A stretch of 64,000 nt of DNA, taken from Nageia nagi. Taxonomy: Eukaryota; Plantae; Pinophyta. The translations under genes and the position numbers were made by a program. Of the stretch, positions 26,725 to 39,390 are shown in pieces. Each line of letters opens with the position of its first letter. The first letter of the stretch is position 1. Below the pieces are notes generated by a model that searched no databases, was not told the DNA's origin, and saw only the letters and a program-made list of their open reading frames with translations. The stretch covers positions 104,160,001-104,224,000 of the forward strand of contig JBITNC010000001.1 in assembly GCA_050084985.1 (NCBI GenBank). The letters run 5' to 3'.

Positions 26725-29700
26725 TTGGTACCAAAGCATCAAGTTAAAACTCCTAGGCCTATGGTCCATGACTCATTTACTATAAAACATTTAGGAAGTC
26801 TAGATGAGTATATATGAGTCTAATAACAATAACATTTGGTTTACTCAAGTTATGGCAATCCCAAGATGTGTAACCAGAGCTTCAGAAAACCCATGACAAC
26901 TTGCTTCCAATAGCCTTCTTGTAAATGCCAATGCCAATGCCAAGGAAAACCAAAGAAATTTTAGAGGCTAAAATGCTAGAGGTAGAATAATGAGAAATTT
27001 CAATCAATAGGTTCCTACAAATAATACTAAGAGTTCTTCTAGCCATTATAATTAGAATAATGAAGGAAAAGCTACCATCATGAGACTCTAAGAGTAGGTG
27101 ATAAAGCAATAAGAACTGATAAATAATCTATTAAATCATAGAGTTGATCCTCCAAGATAAGAATCTAATCCAATCCTTCTAGCACAAGAAAGATTGGGTG
27201 GACTAAACAACTAAATTTAGGTAATAATCAAAAAAGAAATTACATTTGATTTTAAGAATTCTCAAATACCCAAGTTCAATGGAATGAATGAAGGTGAGCA
27301 CATAGAAGTATGCTTAGAGGAGGTCAAAAATTAGTTCTGAATGAAAAATCTATCATTAGAAACCAAAACCATGTGGGCTACCTATAACATTCAAGATATT
27401 ACTCTTGAATGATGGAATGTCTACAAAGTTAAGCATGGAATCCAGTATTTAAAGTGGCTAGAATTTGTTGAAGCATTTTGAAAGAGATTTATCCCTCAAG
27501 TCTATTTCAATAAGAAATATGAGGAATATTATACACTTCAACAAGGTTCTATGAGTGTGCAAACCTATCATCAATAGTTTATCAAACTTTTTACATATGT
27601 TCTTGATGAAAAAAATCACTTAAAGGTTCACAGATTCCTTATGGGGTTAGATTCCATGATAAAAATGTGGTCAACATCCTAAACACTAAAACATTGCAAT
27701 AAGCTTATGAGCTAGCTAAGAGAGCTAAAAGTAATTTGGGCATAACAAAAACCCTCATGAATTATGTTCTTGATGAAAAAGATAAGAAACCTTTCTAGAG
27801 GAATAGAGGTGCTGAGCAATAGGCTCCACACAATGGTAGTAGAAAGGTGAATCATAATCATAAGGATGGAAGTTTTCAAAGGTTTGAGAAGAAACAACCT
27901 AAGGGTTTCAAAAAGAAGAGTTTCTAAGAAAAGAATCAACATTTTGAAAGATAGGATCAAAATCATGGGAATGAAAATCAAGGATATAGGAACCCAAACC
28001 ATAGATTCCCTGAGTAATGAAATAATAAATACATGTTTAAGGATAAGAACTCAAAAAAAAATGAAAGCTCCACAAGATGGATGTTGGAACTATGGTGGAG
28101 CATATTATGTGAGTCAATGCCCTCTAAAGATAAACCCACCAAAGGATCATCAAATTTTTATGATGACTAGATCAGGACAAGCTCAATGATTAGCTAGACC
28201 TCTTCAGATCTTGAGTAAATTTTTTGAAAAATATTTTAAAATTTTGATAGATTATTATTTAACAAACAATTTCATTTCAAATTCTTTAGTTATATACATG
28301 ATTATGACAACAAAAAATTTTAACATATGGATGGCAAGTAGAGTTTGGGTCTATTCTAAAGTGATATGTCAAATAATATTTTAGAAATGGTTAAATCAAG
28401 TTACCCAAGGGAATTATTATTTGGGATTTATATGTGATTCCCTTATCTTCATATGCTATTATCCTACGAATGGATTGGTTAATTTCAAATAAATCCTTGA
28501 TCAAATTTTTGGAAACATGGATGGAATATAACAACTTATCCCAAAACCAATACAAGGTGTTCAATGATCAAGAACCATGTGAACCTTGATCACAACCATG
28601 TAAATGAGAAGAAGTATTACGAAAAGAGAAATGATCTTTGCAGTTAAGGTCAAAGAAGTGCAAGAAGAAGATAAGGATGTAGAAATGTTAATCAAGTATC
28701 TAGTGTTGAGAGAATATAATGATGTATCTCCCAAAGGACTACTAGGTTGACCCCCAAAATCAAAATTTGACTTCTTGATAGATCTACTGCTAGGACCTGA
28801 GCCTATCTCTAGAAACCCCTATAAAATGAACACCATTAAGATGTAGGAGTTAAAGGTGCAATTACAAGATCTTTTGGAGAAAGGGTTGATAAAGCCTAGT
28901 GTATCCCTCTAGGGAGCTCCTGTATTGTTTATCAAAATGAAGGATGGAACACCTAGAATGTGTATTGACTACAAGATGTTGAACAATATCACTATCAAGA
29001 ATAGATATCCTCTACCTAGGATTGATGACTTGTTTAACTAGCTCAAAGATGCTACTATCTTTTCCAAGATAGACTTAAGATCAAGTTACCACCAATTGGG
29101 GATAAAAGAATGAGATACCCATAAGACAATATTTAAGACTTGGTATGGACATTATGAGTTTATGTTCTTATCATTTAGATTAATGAATACTCTTGTAACA
29201 TTCATGAATTTGATGAACAATATTTATTGAGAATACTTAGGTAAATTTGTATTAATATTTTTACATGATATCCTTGTAAACTCAAGGAATAAGGAAGAGA
29301 ATAACCATCATTTAAAATTAGCCTTAGAAGTTTTTAGGTAACATTAGCTATATGGTAAATTATCTAAGTGTGATTTTTATATTTCTCACATTCAGTACTT
29401 TGTTCACATTATTTCTACCAAAAGAATCATAGTTCACTTGAAAAAGTTAAAAGAAATAATGAGTTAGCCTAAGCCAACAAATACGATTGAGGTAAAAAGT
29501 TTCATGGGATTAGCTAGGTATTATAGAACATTTGTCAAGGATTTTTCAAAGATAGCCAATTCTATCAGCAGCCTACAAAAAAAAAGTGTTTAAGTGGGTT
29601 GAGAAGTGCTAAAAAACATTTGCAACCCTAAAAGAAAAACTTATCTCTACACCAATTCTCACTATCCCTAATGTACACAGTGACTTTGTAGTATGTATAG

Positions 29701-31571
29701 ATGCATTGTTAGGAGGTTTGGATGGTGTATTGTCATAAAATGAAAATCGCATAGCATATTAATCTAGAAAGTTAAAGCCGCATGGGTTGAATTATGCTAC
29801 ACATGATCTTGAGTTGGCAGCTGTAGTGCATGCACTGAAGATGTAGAGGTAATACTTTCTAGGAAAAACTTTCAAATTGAAAATAGATCATTAGAGTTTG
29901 AAATACTTGTTCATTCAACCTAAATTAAATGCTAGGCATAAGGTGATGGATAGAATTCCTTTCTAAATATGATTTCGGTATTGTATATATCAAGGGTAAG
30001 GAAAACAAGGTGGTTGATGTATTAGGTCAAAGAAGACATGTAAATGCCATGACAAGAAGATAGTTTGACTTGTTTTCTCAAGTAATAATCTTGCAACAAA
30101 AAGATTCGTACAACAAATCCATGAAGGAAATGATACAAAAAGTTAAATCTTCATCTAAAGACTTTGCTAAAAAAGATTGAATTTTGTATTTTAGAGATTA
30201 ATTAGTCATATCAAAAAAAGAAGATCTAAGAAATTTAATCTTGCAAGAAGCCCTTCATATTCCATATTTAGCACATCCAAGAGATATAAAGATGAGAAAA
30301 TAATTGAAAAACAAAATCTATTAGGATGGAATGAAGAAGGATATAGCAGATTTTGTGGATAGATGCTTACTATGTTAGAAAGTGAAAGTAAAATATTAGC
30401 ATCTAGGTGGATATTTGTATCCCAGTGATATTTTAACATAAAAGTGATAAGTGATTTCAATGGATTTCATAGATGGTTGAAAAAAACTAGATTTCATCAT
30501 GACTCCATATAGGTTGTGGTTGATAATTTAACTAAGGTTGCTCATTTTATACTTGGTAACACAATAGATGATACCCTTGTAGTAGCTAATAAGTTTCCAC
30601 ATGAAATCTTCAGGTTGCATGGATTTTCTAAAGTGATAAACTTAGATAGGGATTCTAAGTTGACTTTCGTATTTTGGAAATAATTACATAAGGCATTGGA
30701 TAAGAATTTAAATGTGAACTCAACTTATCATCCTAAGATAGATGGATAGATAGAATGAGTAAGTAGAGTTTTTGAGAATATGCTCAGAATGTATTTCATG
30801 AAACAAAATACCAAATGGAAAGATTATCTTTATTTGGTTGATTTTGCATATAATAATGGATATAATTCATATTAAGGAATAGGTCCTTTTGAAGTAGTAT
30901 ATGGAATGAGATGCATAACTCCTTTGACTTGGTATAATTAGGAGGATCAGATGATGATTTAATAGAAAATGTTAAAAAAAAATGGAGGAGCAGCTAAAAT
31001 CCATTCAATGAAAGTTGAGGGAAGCTATGGATCAATAAAAGAGTTATGCCAATCTTAAGATAACTTCTCAAGAATTTGTTATGGGTGATAACATCATTAT
31101 ACAAGTTTGATCCATAAAAAATACCATAAAATCAACTAAATTAGATCACTATTTTGTTGGTCCTTTTTAAATTGTGAAAAAGAAGAGTTCAGTAGCCTCC
31201 AAACATGCCTTGCCACTAAGTTTGTCTAAAATACATGATGTCTTTCATGTCTCCTTATTATGAAAATATGTTATTAATCCTTCTCATGTTTTGAATTTTT
31301 TTGAATTGCAGATGCTATACCCTCATGCCATTGAAGTACTCCCTATCAAGATCTTAGCTTTTAGAACTAAGAAGCTATGAAATAAAGAAATTAATGAATT
31401 TCTAGTACAATAAGAAAAATATTCTAAACCATCTTCCATATGGGAAGATATAGGTATTATGAAAAAATAATTTTCATATTTATTTGGTTAAATAAGTATG
31501 TGAAACTTTTATAAGTTTGTGTTTGTATGTAAGAATACAAGGGATTGTGTTTCTTTTTAAGGGGGAATGCA
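26725..31571 (+). pseudogene. Internal region 3: decayed gag-pol with chromodomain
   Basis: ORF 27866-28189 contains DGCWNYGGAYYVSQCP (decayed zinc knuckle). [10 protein letters not shown] and [27 protein letters not shown], integrase and chromodomain follow. PPT at ~31559-31567. Confidence 0.92.
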
Positions 31572-33885
31572 TGTACGACCCATGTCAAGACATTATTGAC
31601 CTCAAGTACAATAAAGGGTTTGAATGGATTATATGTATAATGTTAAGGTAATGATAAGTTTGATATGAGAACATGTATCATTTTGTGATAGTTTGATGCT
31701 AGCTTCAAGATGTTTTGACATAGGTCACAAGATGGAGAAGTGATCCAAAGACCCTAAAGACCATCGTAAATCATGTAGATGCATATAGGATAATTGTTAT
31801 GATTATCAATTTCTTGATAAAAATATATTTGCAAAAATATGTGGATTAACCTTTCTCTACAAGATGAGGTGACCGTCCTAGGTAAAGATGTGTTTTCTCT
31901 TATTTGGTATTTTTAAAATTTAAATTTTGTAATGGAGGGGAAAAGGGGATATACCTTATTTAAATATGAAAATTTATATAAGGTTAAAAACATAAATTTA
32001 ATGAGGTAAAAGTTGAATATGAATGTTCATATTATTATAACATAGGGCTAATAGTAAAAACACTATTAGATAGAGACTAAGGTCTCCTTGTGGTATTACA
32101 AGATATTTAATAGCTAAAAAAATAATAAAGTAATGACCCTATCTAATTTTATTTTCTTGTGTTAGGTATGGATAAGAGTTGGTACTAAATTGTTAGTTAA
32201 TAAAAAAAGTTTTAAAGTATTAAATATTTTTACAGTTATTTAAAACTTTAAGAAAACCTACCCCCAAGAAATTATTAAAGGTGTGAATAGATGTCTATTT
32301 GGACACACTTGAACCCTTTTAGCTATAAATAAAGGTGTAGAGCATTAAAAAAATACCTACCTACCTTTTTTTCTCTTTGTATTTTATTTTTGGTTATTCT
32401 CAAGCTTGAATTACATAAAGAAAAGAAGTCTCTCTTCCCTCTCTAAGTCAAGGTGCATTCTTTTCATTTTTTTAGTTTTGAATTGATATATTTTATGAGT
32501 TGTATGAAAGCAATTTTTGAATAAATTTTATGGAATTAATTGTGATAAAGGTCTTATATTATATGATAGGACATATTGATTGTTTTATTTGTTGTAATGC
32601 ATGTGGAGGTTGGTACCATGTCTTTTCCTTAAACAGTAAAGGGATGGAACCTTATTAGCTTTGATTTTATTAAATTTAGTGATGAAAAGTTTATTTTATA
32701 CATTCTATGATATTTTTAAGAAGACTAGTCAAATATTTACTCTTTATATCCTCTCGTGATATTTGGTGTAAAACCTTTCCAATTACTGTTTGATAAATAG
32801 TCGTATCTTCTCTTTGAGCCTCTATATAGATATACTGGAAAAATTGGTATCAAAAGAATTAGAATTATTTTCAAATAATTTTGATGATCCTCCATTCTCA
32901 CTTGGTGCCTATGAAGTAAAAATAATAGGAAATAATTTTGATTCTAGCTTTTTTTCTTATCACTCAGTATCTACATATTCCTCTATGATTTGCTTACAAA
33001 GCTTCCTACATAGTCAGAAGTAGAATTCCTTTACCTTCTTCTAAGAATTCTCATAATGTGTATTAATGAATGGATGAAAAAAGTGCAAGATTAGAGATAT
33101 ATCTCCCTACCATCACTATGAAAATGTAGGCTTTCCTTTGGGTGCATATCACTAGTATTGCCCTTTGATTTGATTTGAATTCTATCAAATGATAGATTGA
33201 CCCCTATGGTTAAAAATAGTCTAAGGTATCCATCCTATGTCTACTCAAAATCAGCATAGAAATTATCAAGTGCATTGTGAGTTCCAACAGTGTACACAGA
33301 GAATGTAGGGAGTCCGAGTTGGAATGCACTTGTTTAAAACATTATATTTCATCTCATCCAATTCTAAATCATTTTGTCAAAATTTAAATGAAACTCCCTT
33401 ATATCCACGTAATCCTAAATCTACTTAGTTAGATTATTATGTTAATAATTCTTATATGCACTAATGCAATCTCTTAAATAGATTTTAATTAATGATTGAT
33501 TACAAAGGTTTGATAATGGATATGATGAATAATGATCTAGTTACTTTACCAATCATTTTCTTATTGTGTATACATAAAGATAGGAGACATATTTAACCCC
33601 TTATACCATTGTTTAATGATAATTAGGAGTGCTATGGTCTACAACTTTATGGAACATTCTTTGATATTTTTTCACTTCTTTTGATTCCCTTACAACGCCA
33701 TATAGTAGGTTAATGTACGATCTTGAGTGTAGAACTATATGAACATCAAATCTATGTGTGAATAATAATAAATAATAAAAAATTAAAATAAATGATGACA
33801 TTTAATGTAATATTAATTCCTTGTTAAAATAAGGGATTATTAGTAATAGTTTAGAAAGGTAAAGATAAATTAAATGGGAATTCAA

Positions 33886-33931
<46 letters not shown>

Positions 33932-35807
33932 TAGTAGTTTATGGATTTTAAAATAGAATGGATTAAAAATATTTTATTTTTGGTTTTTGATTTGTAACAA
34001 TTACAAGATAGAAACTAAATAAGATCTTAGTATGCAAATAAATTTATTATCGAGATTGGATTATATTTGAGATGAATTATCACACATTAAAAAATATGAC
34101 CAAGGAAGAAAAATGATTACTTCTAAGGTCCATCAATAAATTTGCATACATAATGGTCAAATTTTAAAAAGGATTGTCATGATCCTCCTCCTTACTAGTA
34201 CTCGCTACACCCACCAAGTTCCAAGGGAATGTTTGATACTCGTTGCTTAAAGAATGATAGAGATGCTTGATACTCATTGCTTGAAGATCAATGGGTGTGT
34301 CCCAAGACAAGGCAAAGAATGATTTACCAATTAACATATTATGCTTCCTTTGTATTACAAAAGAATGATGAAATACCATTTCAAAATCATTGTATTAATG
34401 TTCTTGTATTAAGTTTATGAAAGCTATGTCATTACCTTAGATGTTGAAAATTGAAGTTATGAGATGTATTCAAACTTCTTGTAATTGAAAGTAGAAATGT
34501 TTAATGAGGATTATGTTGGATGTATCTTTTGTTAGTACTAAATAATAAATGAAAGGTAGATGAATTTGTTATCTCTTTATGAATAACAATATGTTTATTA
34601 TATGTTAAGTTTTATGCTTTGATAAATAGGAGTAAGAATTACTACTTGTTAGGTACTAGTCACAGATGGATTAGATTTTAACCTTGATAAATCCAAAAGT
34701 GTCCCAATAACCTAGAATCAAACTTGACCCAGAGTTAAGTTTCCAAATGATAATTTGTGAGCATTGGGGATATCATAGGGACCCTTGGAATCAAATTGGA
34801 TATCAATGGATTCCAATGAATAATTGGAATCATTCAAGATCTTTTTAAATGAATGCAATAAAATTGATGGAGAACCTTCACCAACTAAACCTACCTTACT
34901 AAATAATAAATAAAAAGAATATTCCTTACATGAGGACCACTCAGGGCCATATTCCTTTTGTAGCAATATGGTTAAATCTTTCCTAACGACTTGCTACTTT
35001 ATGTATGTAGGAGAACTTTTAGAATGTGCATTAATATACGTTATATAATGCATACAAGATAAATAAAATTCATGTGACTTTTTGAGTAAACTTATAATCA
35101 AAACTTCTAAGGTACACCTCATGGGAAAGAATGAAAGATGTTAAACCCTAGAACTTATCTTGTACCCTCTTCACTATTTGGAAACATTAGTTTATGGTCA
35201 AAAGAATATATGTGGTTCTTTTGTTACCACACTTAAAAATAAATTAGATTAAATAACCACTCAAGGATATTATTTAATATTCATGGCTCCTCAAGTTATG
35301 GGCATGGTGATGTTGAACCACATGGTGGGACTAGCCAATAGTTATGGGTAGGTTAGTACTCACATCTTTTGATAGATGATTAGGTGGAAATAGCAATAAG
35401 AAAAACTACTATTATTGGATGAGGGTAACTAGTAGTCATACCACTTGCAATTAGTAGATATGGGTATGATGATTGTTCCATAGGTGATGCTACCCACTCA
35501 TAAGAAAAATTTCTTAGAATAAGTTCACTACTCCTATGATATGAGGCATTATCATCAGGTAATGATGACTAACTTAGTGGAAGTACAATTGCTCGAGTGT
35601 TATGGGTCTACTTTTCAATTTATTAGGGTTGGTTACCTTAGGTTTCTAGCCAATCTTGCCATGTGAGTGTTGACTTAGCTAGCAACATTAATAAGCTCAT
35701 GTGGGATCACCTAGTTCATTCTTAAAATAATAATTGTTAAATCAAATAAAAAGAATTAGGTATAAAATTTAGAGATTTGGTTGGTGAAAGTAAGTGGATG
35801 AATTACA
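31572..35807 (+). repeat. LTR4 (shared between units 3 and 4)
   Basis: tgtacgaccc after the PPT; ends aattaca. TATAAATA at 32324. (TA)n expansion at ~33889-33928. Confidence 0.9.
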
Positions 35808-36936
35808 TTGGTATCAGAGCATCAAGTTCAAACTCTCAAGCCTATAGTCTATGACTCTTTTGCTGTAAAATATTTAAGAAGTTTAGATTAGTATGCATGA
35901 GTCTAATAATAATACCATTTGGTTGACTCAAATTATGGTAATCCCATGATATGTAACCAGAGTTTTAGGAAACCTACAATAAGATGCTTCTAAAAGCCTT
36001 CCTCCAAATTTTAATACTAATGCTAGGGAAAACCAAAGAAATGTTAGAGGTCAAAATGAAAATATTAGAGGCTAAAATGCTAGACATGGAATGCAGAAGG
36101 ATATAGCAGATTTTGTGGCAAGATTCTTGGAATATCATATGGTGAAAGAAGAACATCAACATTTGGATGGAGATTTGTATCCCCATGATATGCCAACATA
36201 GAAGTGGTAATTTATTTCAACAGATTTCATAGTTGTTTTTATCAAAAATGAAATTTCATCATGACACCATATTAGTTATGGTCAATAAGTTAACCAAGGT
36301 TGCTTATTTTATACTTGGTAACTCCATCGTTGATGTCCATGCAGTAGGTAATAAGTTTGCATATGAAATCTATAGATTGCATGGATTTGTTGAAGTGATA
36401 GTCTCATAAAAGGATTTTAAGTTTACTTTCATATTTTGGACACCATTACATAAGGCATTAGGTACAAAGTTAAATATGTGCTCAGCTTATCATCTAGAGA
36501 TAGATGGGTAAGATAAAATATGTAAACAAAGTTCTTGAGGATATGCTTAGAATGTAATGCATGGAATAATTGACCAAATGGGAATATTATCTTTATTTGG
36601 TTAAATTCACATATAATAATGGCTATCATTCATCTTTAGAAATGGCTTTTTTCGAAGCATTATATGAAAAAAATGCAAAACTCCTTTGAATTGGGATAAT
36701 TAGAAGGATCATGTGATGATCCAACTAGAAATATTAAAGCAATAGAGGAGCAACTTAAGTCCATTTGATGAAAGTTGAAGGAATTCGATGAAAGTTCAAG
36801 GAAGCCATGGATTGATAAAAGAGTTATTCCAATCTTAAGAGAACTCCTCAAGAATTTGATGTGGGTGATAAGGTCTTTTTATGAGTTTGTCCCATGAAAA
36901 GTGCTATAAAATCAACTAAATTGGATCCCCATTTTG
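35808..36936 (+). pseudogene. Internal region 4: gag 5' end fused to integrase (~3.3-kb deletion), truncated with no 3' LTR
   Basis: Gag-start sequence gctaaaatgctaga runs directly into integrase catggaatgcagaaggatatagcag at ~36085. Homology ends after aaatcaactaaattggatccccattttg. Confidence 0.85.
35809..35820 (+). promoter_or_regulatory. Primer-binding site complementary to the 3' end of tRNA-iMet
   Basis: Perfect TGGTATCAGAGC one base after the LTR4 end, with degenerate copies at 8385, 17445 and 26726. Confidence 0.9.
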
Positions 36937-38720
36937 AAGTAATAAGGTGCAAATGGGTATTTTTGAAAAAACTACCATAAATGGAAGTAGGAAAATGTAT
37001 AGGCTAGAATTGTAGCAAAGGGATATAGTCATATTGAAGATTTTAATTATATGGAAGCTTTTGATACTATGAAAAAATCTAGTTCCAAAATATTGGTCCC
37101 TAGAATTAAAATTGAAAAAGATATGGAAATAGATTATATGGACATAGGGATAAATTTTTGGAATTGTGATATTAAGAAGGATACTAACATAAATTAAAAA
37201 GATGAATTTATATTAAAAGATATAGAGTTGGTGTTGGAAAAGTATTCTTTAACTATCTATTAAAAAGGAATATGAAAAAAAAATTAAAATTATTATAAGT
37301 GATTATATAACATGTCACTTTAAGAGTTTGCACATGCCTCCTCTTGTCATGAGGATTCTTAAACTATTTAATCATTATACATTAGACAATTGATTTTTTG
37401 ATGATACTAGCATGGTGTAATGATTATAATATAGTACTTTTGATTTTAATCTTATTGTCATGATTGCTAGTTTATTAAAATATATGGTTTGCCTTTTTCA
37501 TATGCATTAATGTGCAAGGGTATTTTTTTCATTTTTCTCTAATGCAAAACTCTTTTCTCCTTATTTCAATGATAAATGCAATTCTCATTTCCTACCTCCT
37601 CCATGTTATGATTTATGTTAATCATGCTAGAATTTATGAGAATGGAACATCTAAATCTTCTTGCTTAATTTTGGTTATAATGGTTGTGAGTGCTAATCTT
37701 ATTAAAGGTAAATGATATTTTCATTCAACTCTAATCATGTGATTGGTTTTTATTTTACGATCCATATTGTTAGTAGTTGGTTTATGGATTGACAAAGGAT
37801 ATATATTTAACTATGGCATATCAAATCATGCTTCATGGAGTATTCAAGTACTAATAAAATATTAATATCACGTGTACATGATATTGTTATACTCATAAAT
37901 GAGAAGTAAAAGATAATAAATTTAAAGAAGCTCTTTTCATATAATTTTCATGTTGAGTGTTTGTACCATTCACTATATTCAAAGAAGCAATTAAGATTGT
38001 AATAGAGAATAAGAAGAAGATGCTCTAGCTTTTTCAAGCCAAGTATATCAAATTAGTTTTGAAAAGCTTCAATATGGATGGATGTAAGATTGTTATAACA
38101 CCTACAACTATTGCTTATAAACTTAATATAAAATAATATGCTTACCATAATGATGAAATGAATGAAATTAGGAAATTTTCTTATGCTAGTGTTGTTGAAA
38201 ACATGACATATCTCATATTATCACTCAATTAGACTTAGGAAATCAATTGTAGCTAATTTAGATTAAGTACACTGATTTGCATTAAATGTAACTAGGTGTA
38301 AGCTCCTCGTTACACTTGTTTCCACATATAACAATCATAATATGGAGTAGTATCCTACGAAAGATGAAAAAAAATAAAAAATTTAATAAAGGGATTCCTT
38401 ATTCTAGTGCACATGGAAACTTGATGTACCTTAGGGTATTGGCATGACTAAATTTCATGCAATCAATAATTTATTCGAGCAAATTGATGGTCAATCCAAA
38501 AGAGGTGTATTCAATTGTAATAAAATATGTTATGCATTATTTCAAAGGAAGTAAATAATTTACAATCTTATGGAGAGGAACAACCTCACATAGAGCTTGA
38601 AATATTTGTTGATGAATAGTAGACTAAAATGTCAATAATATAAAACCCATAACTTGTTTTGTATTTAAAATAAATAGTGGTGATATCTCTTAACAAACTA
38701 GGTAATAATAAAGTTATAAG
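36937..38720 (+). mobile_element. Old Ty1/copia RT-RNase H remnant, interrupted by unrelated sequence
   Basis: CKWVF..K, ARIVAKGYSH (~36945-37040), QAKYIKLVLKSFNMDGCK (~38035), SYASVV, YFKGS, ITCFVFKINSGDIS (~38650). Confidence 0.7.
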
Positions 38721-39390
38721 AGAACAATATTTACGAAAAAAACTCTTAGTTAAAATGTTATATTATATATTGATTAAAGCAAATTATCATAATCAAAGTA
38801 TTTTTTAAATTAAATTGTATTATCATATTAAAAGAAATGTTCCATATATGTAAAAAGCAATGTAAAATGTTTTGTAAAAAACATTAGAACATTATTATAA
38901 AAAACTCTATAACCATATCAATGGTTCTAAATTGTTAAACAATCCACTCTCCTAGCCAAGCACATATAGAAATAGTGTAGAAGATTTAAGATGCATAGGA
39001 CGCTATTTTGCTCCTCCTTACTAGAAATTATTTATCAATATTTGATGTTTTAACAGTAGATTCTAGAGGTGGTAAAATGTATTTATCTTATGAGTTGCGA
39101 TAAGACAAAAGAGTACTGACCGTTCTATATCCCTAAAATGATGTTTTTTTAAATACTGAACCATTTTACACTGTTAGATCTATTTTTATCTTATTACAAC
39201 ATACAAGATATTTAACTTCAGCCTCTGGAACTTCTGTTTAACATGCTTTCCAACTACAATAAACGAGGCTTATTATAAAACAATAACATCTTGGAGAAGT
39301 CTTGAGATGAAGTGCCATAACTTTCTGTGAGCATAAGATTCCTTGGTGAAGTACTGCATTGGAATACTAGCCAGCAGTTAATAAATTCTA

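Larger units (their letters stand above)
5052..36936 (+). mobile_element. Tandem array of a Ty3/gypsy chromovirus (Tekay/Del-like) LTR retrotransposon: 4 shared LTRs, 3 near-complete internal regions and 1 deleted one
   Basis: Unit of ~8-9.3 kb repeated. LTRs 2-4 start TGT(C)AC right after a polypurine tract (AAGGGGG...). Every LTR ends in ...CA followed by a tRNA-iMet PBS. Internal order is gag-PR-RT-RH-IN-chromodomain. Confidence 0.95.

Noticed and set aside
37300-37950. Inverted copia integrase fragment inside the RT remnant
   Set aside because: Only a faint RKIK-like motif on the minus strand, which cannot be supported without alignment.
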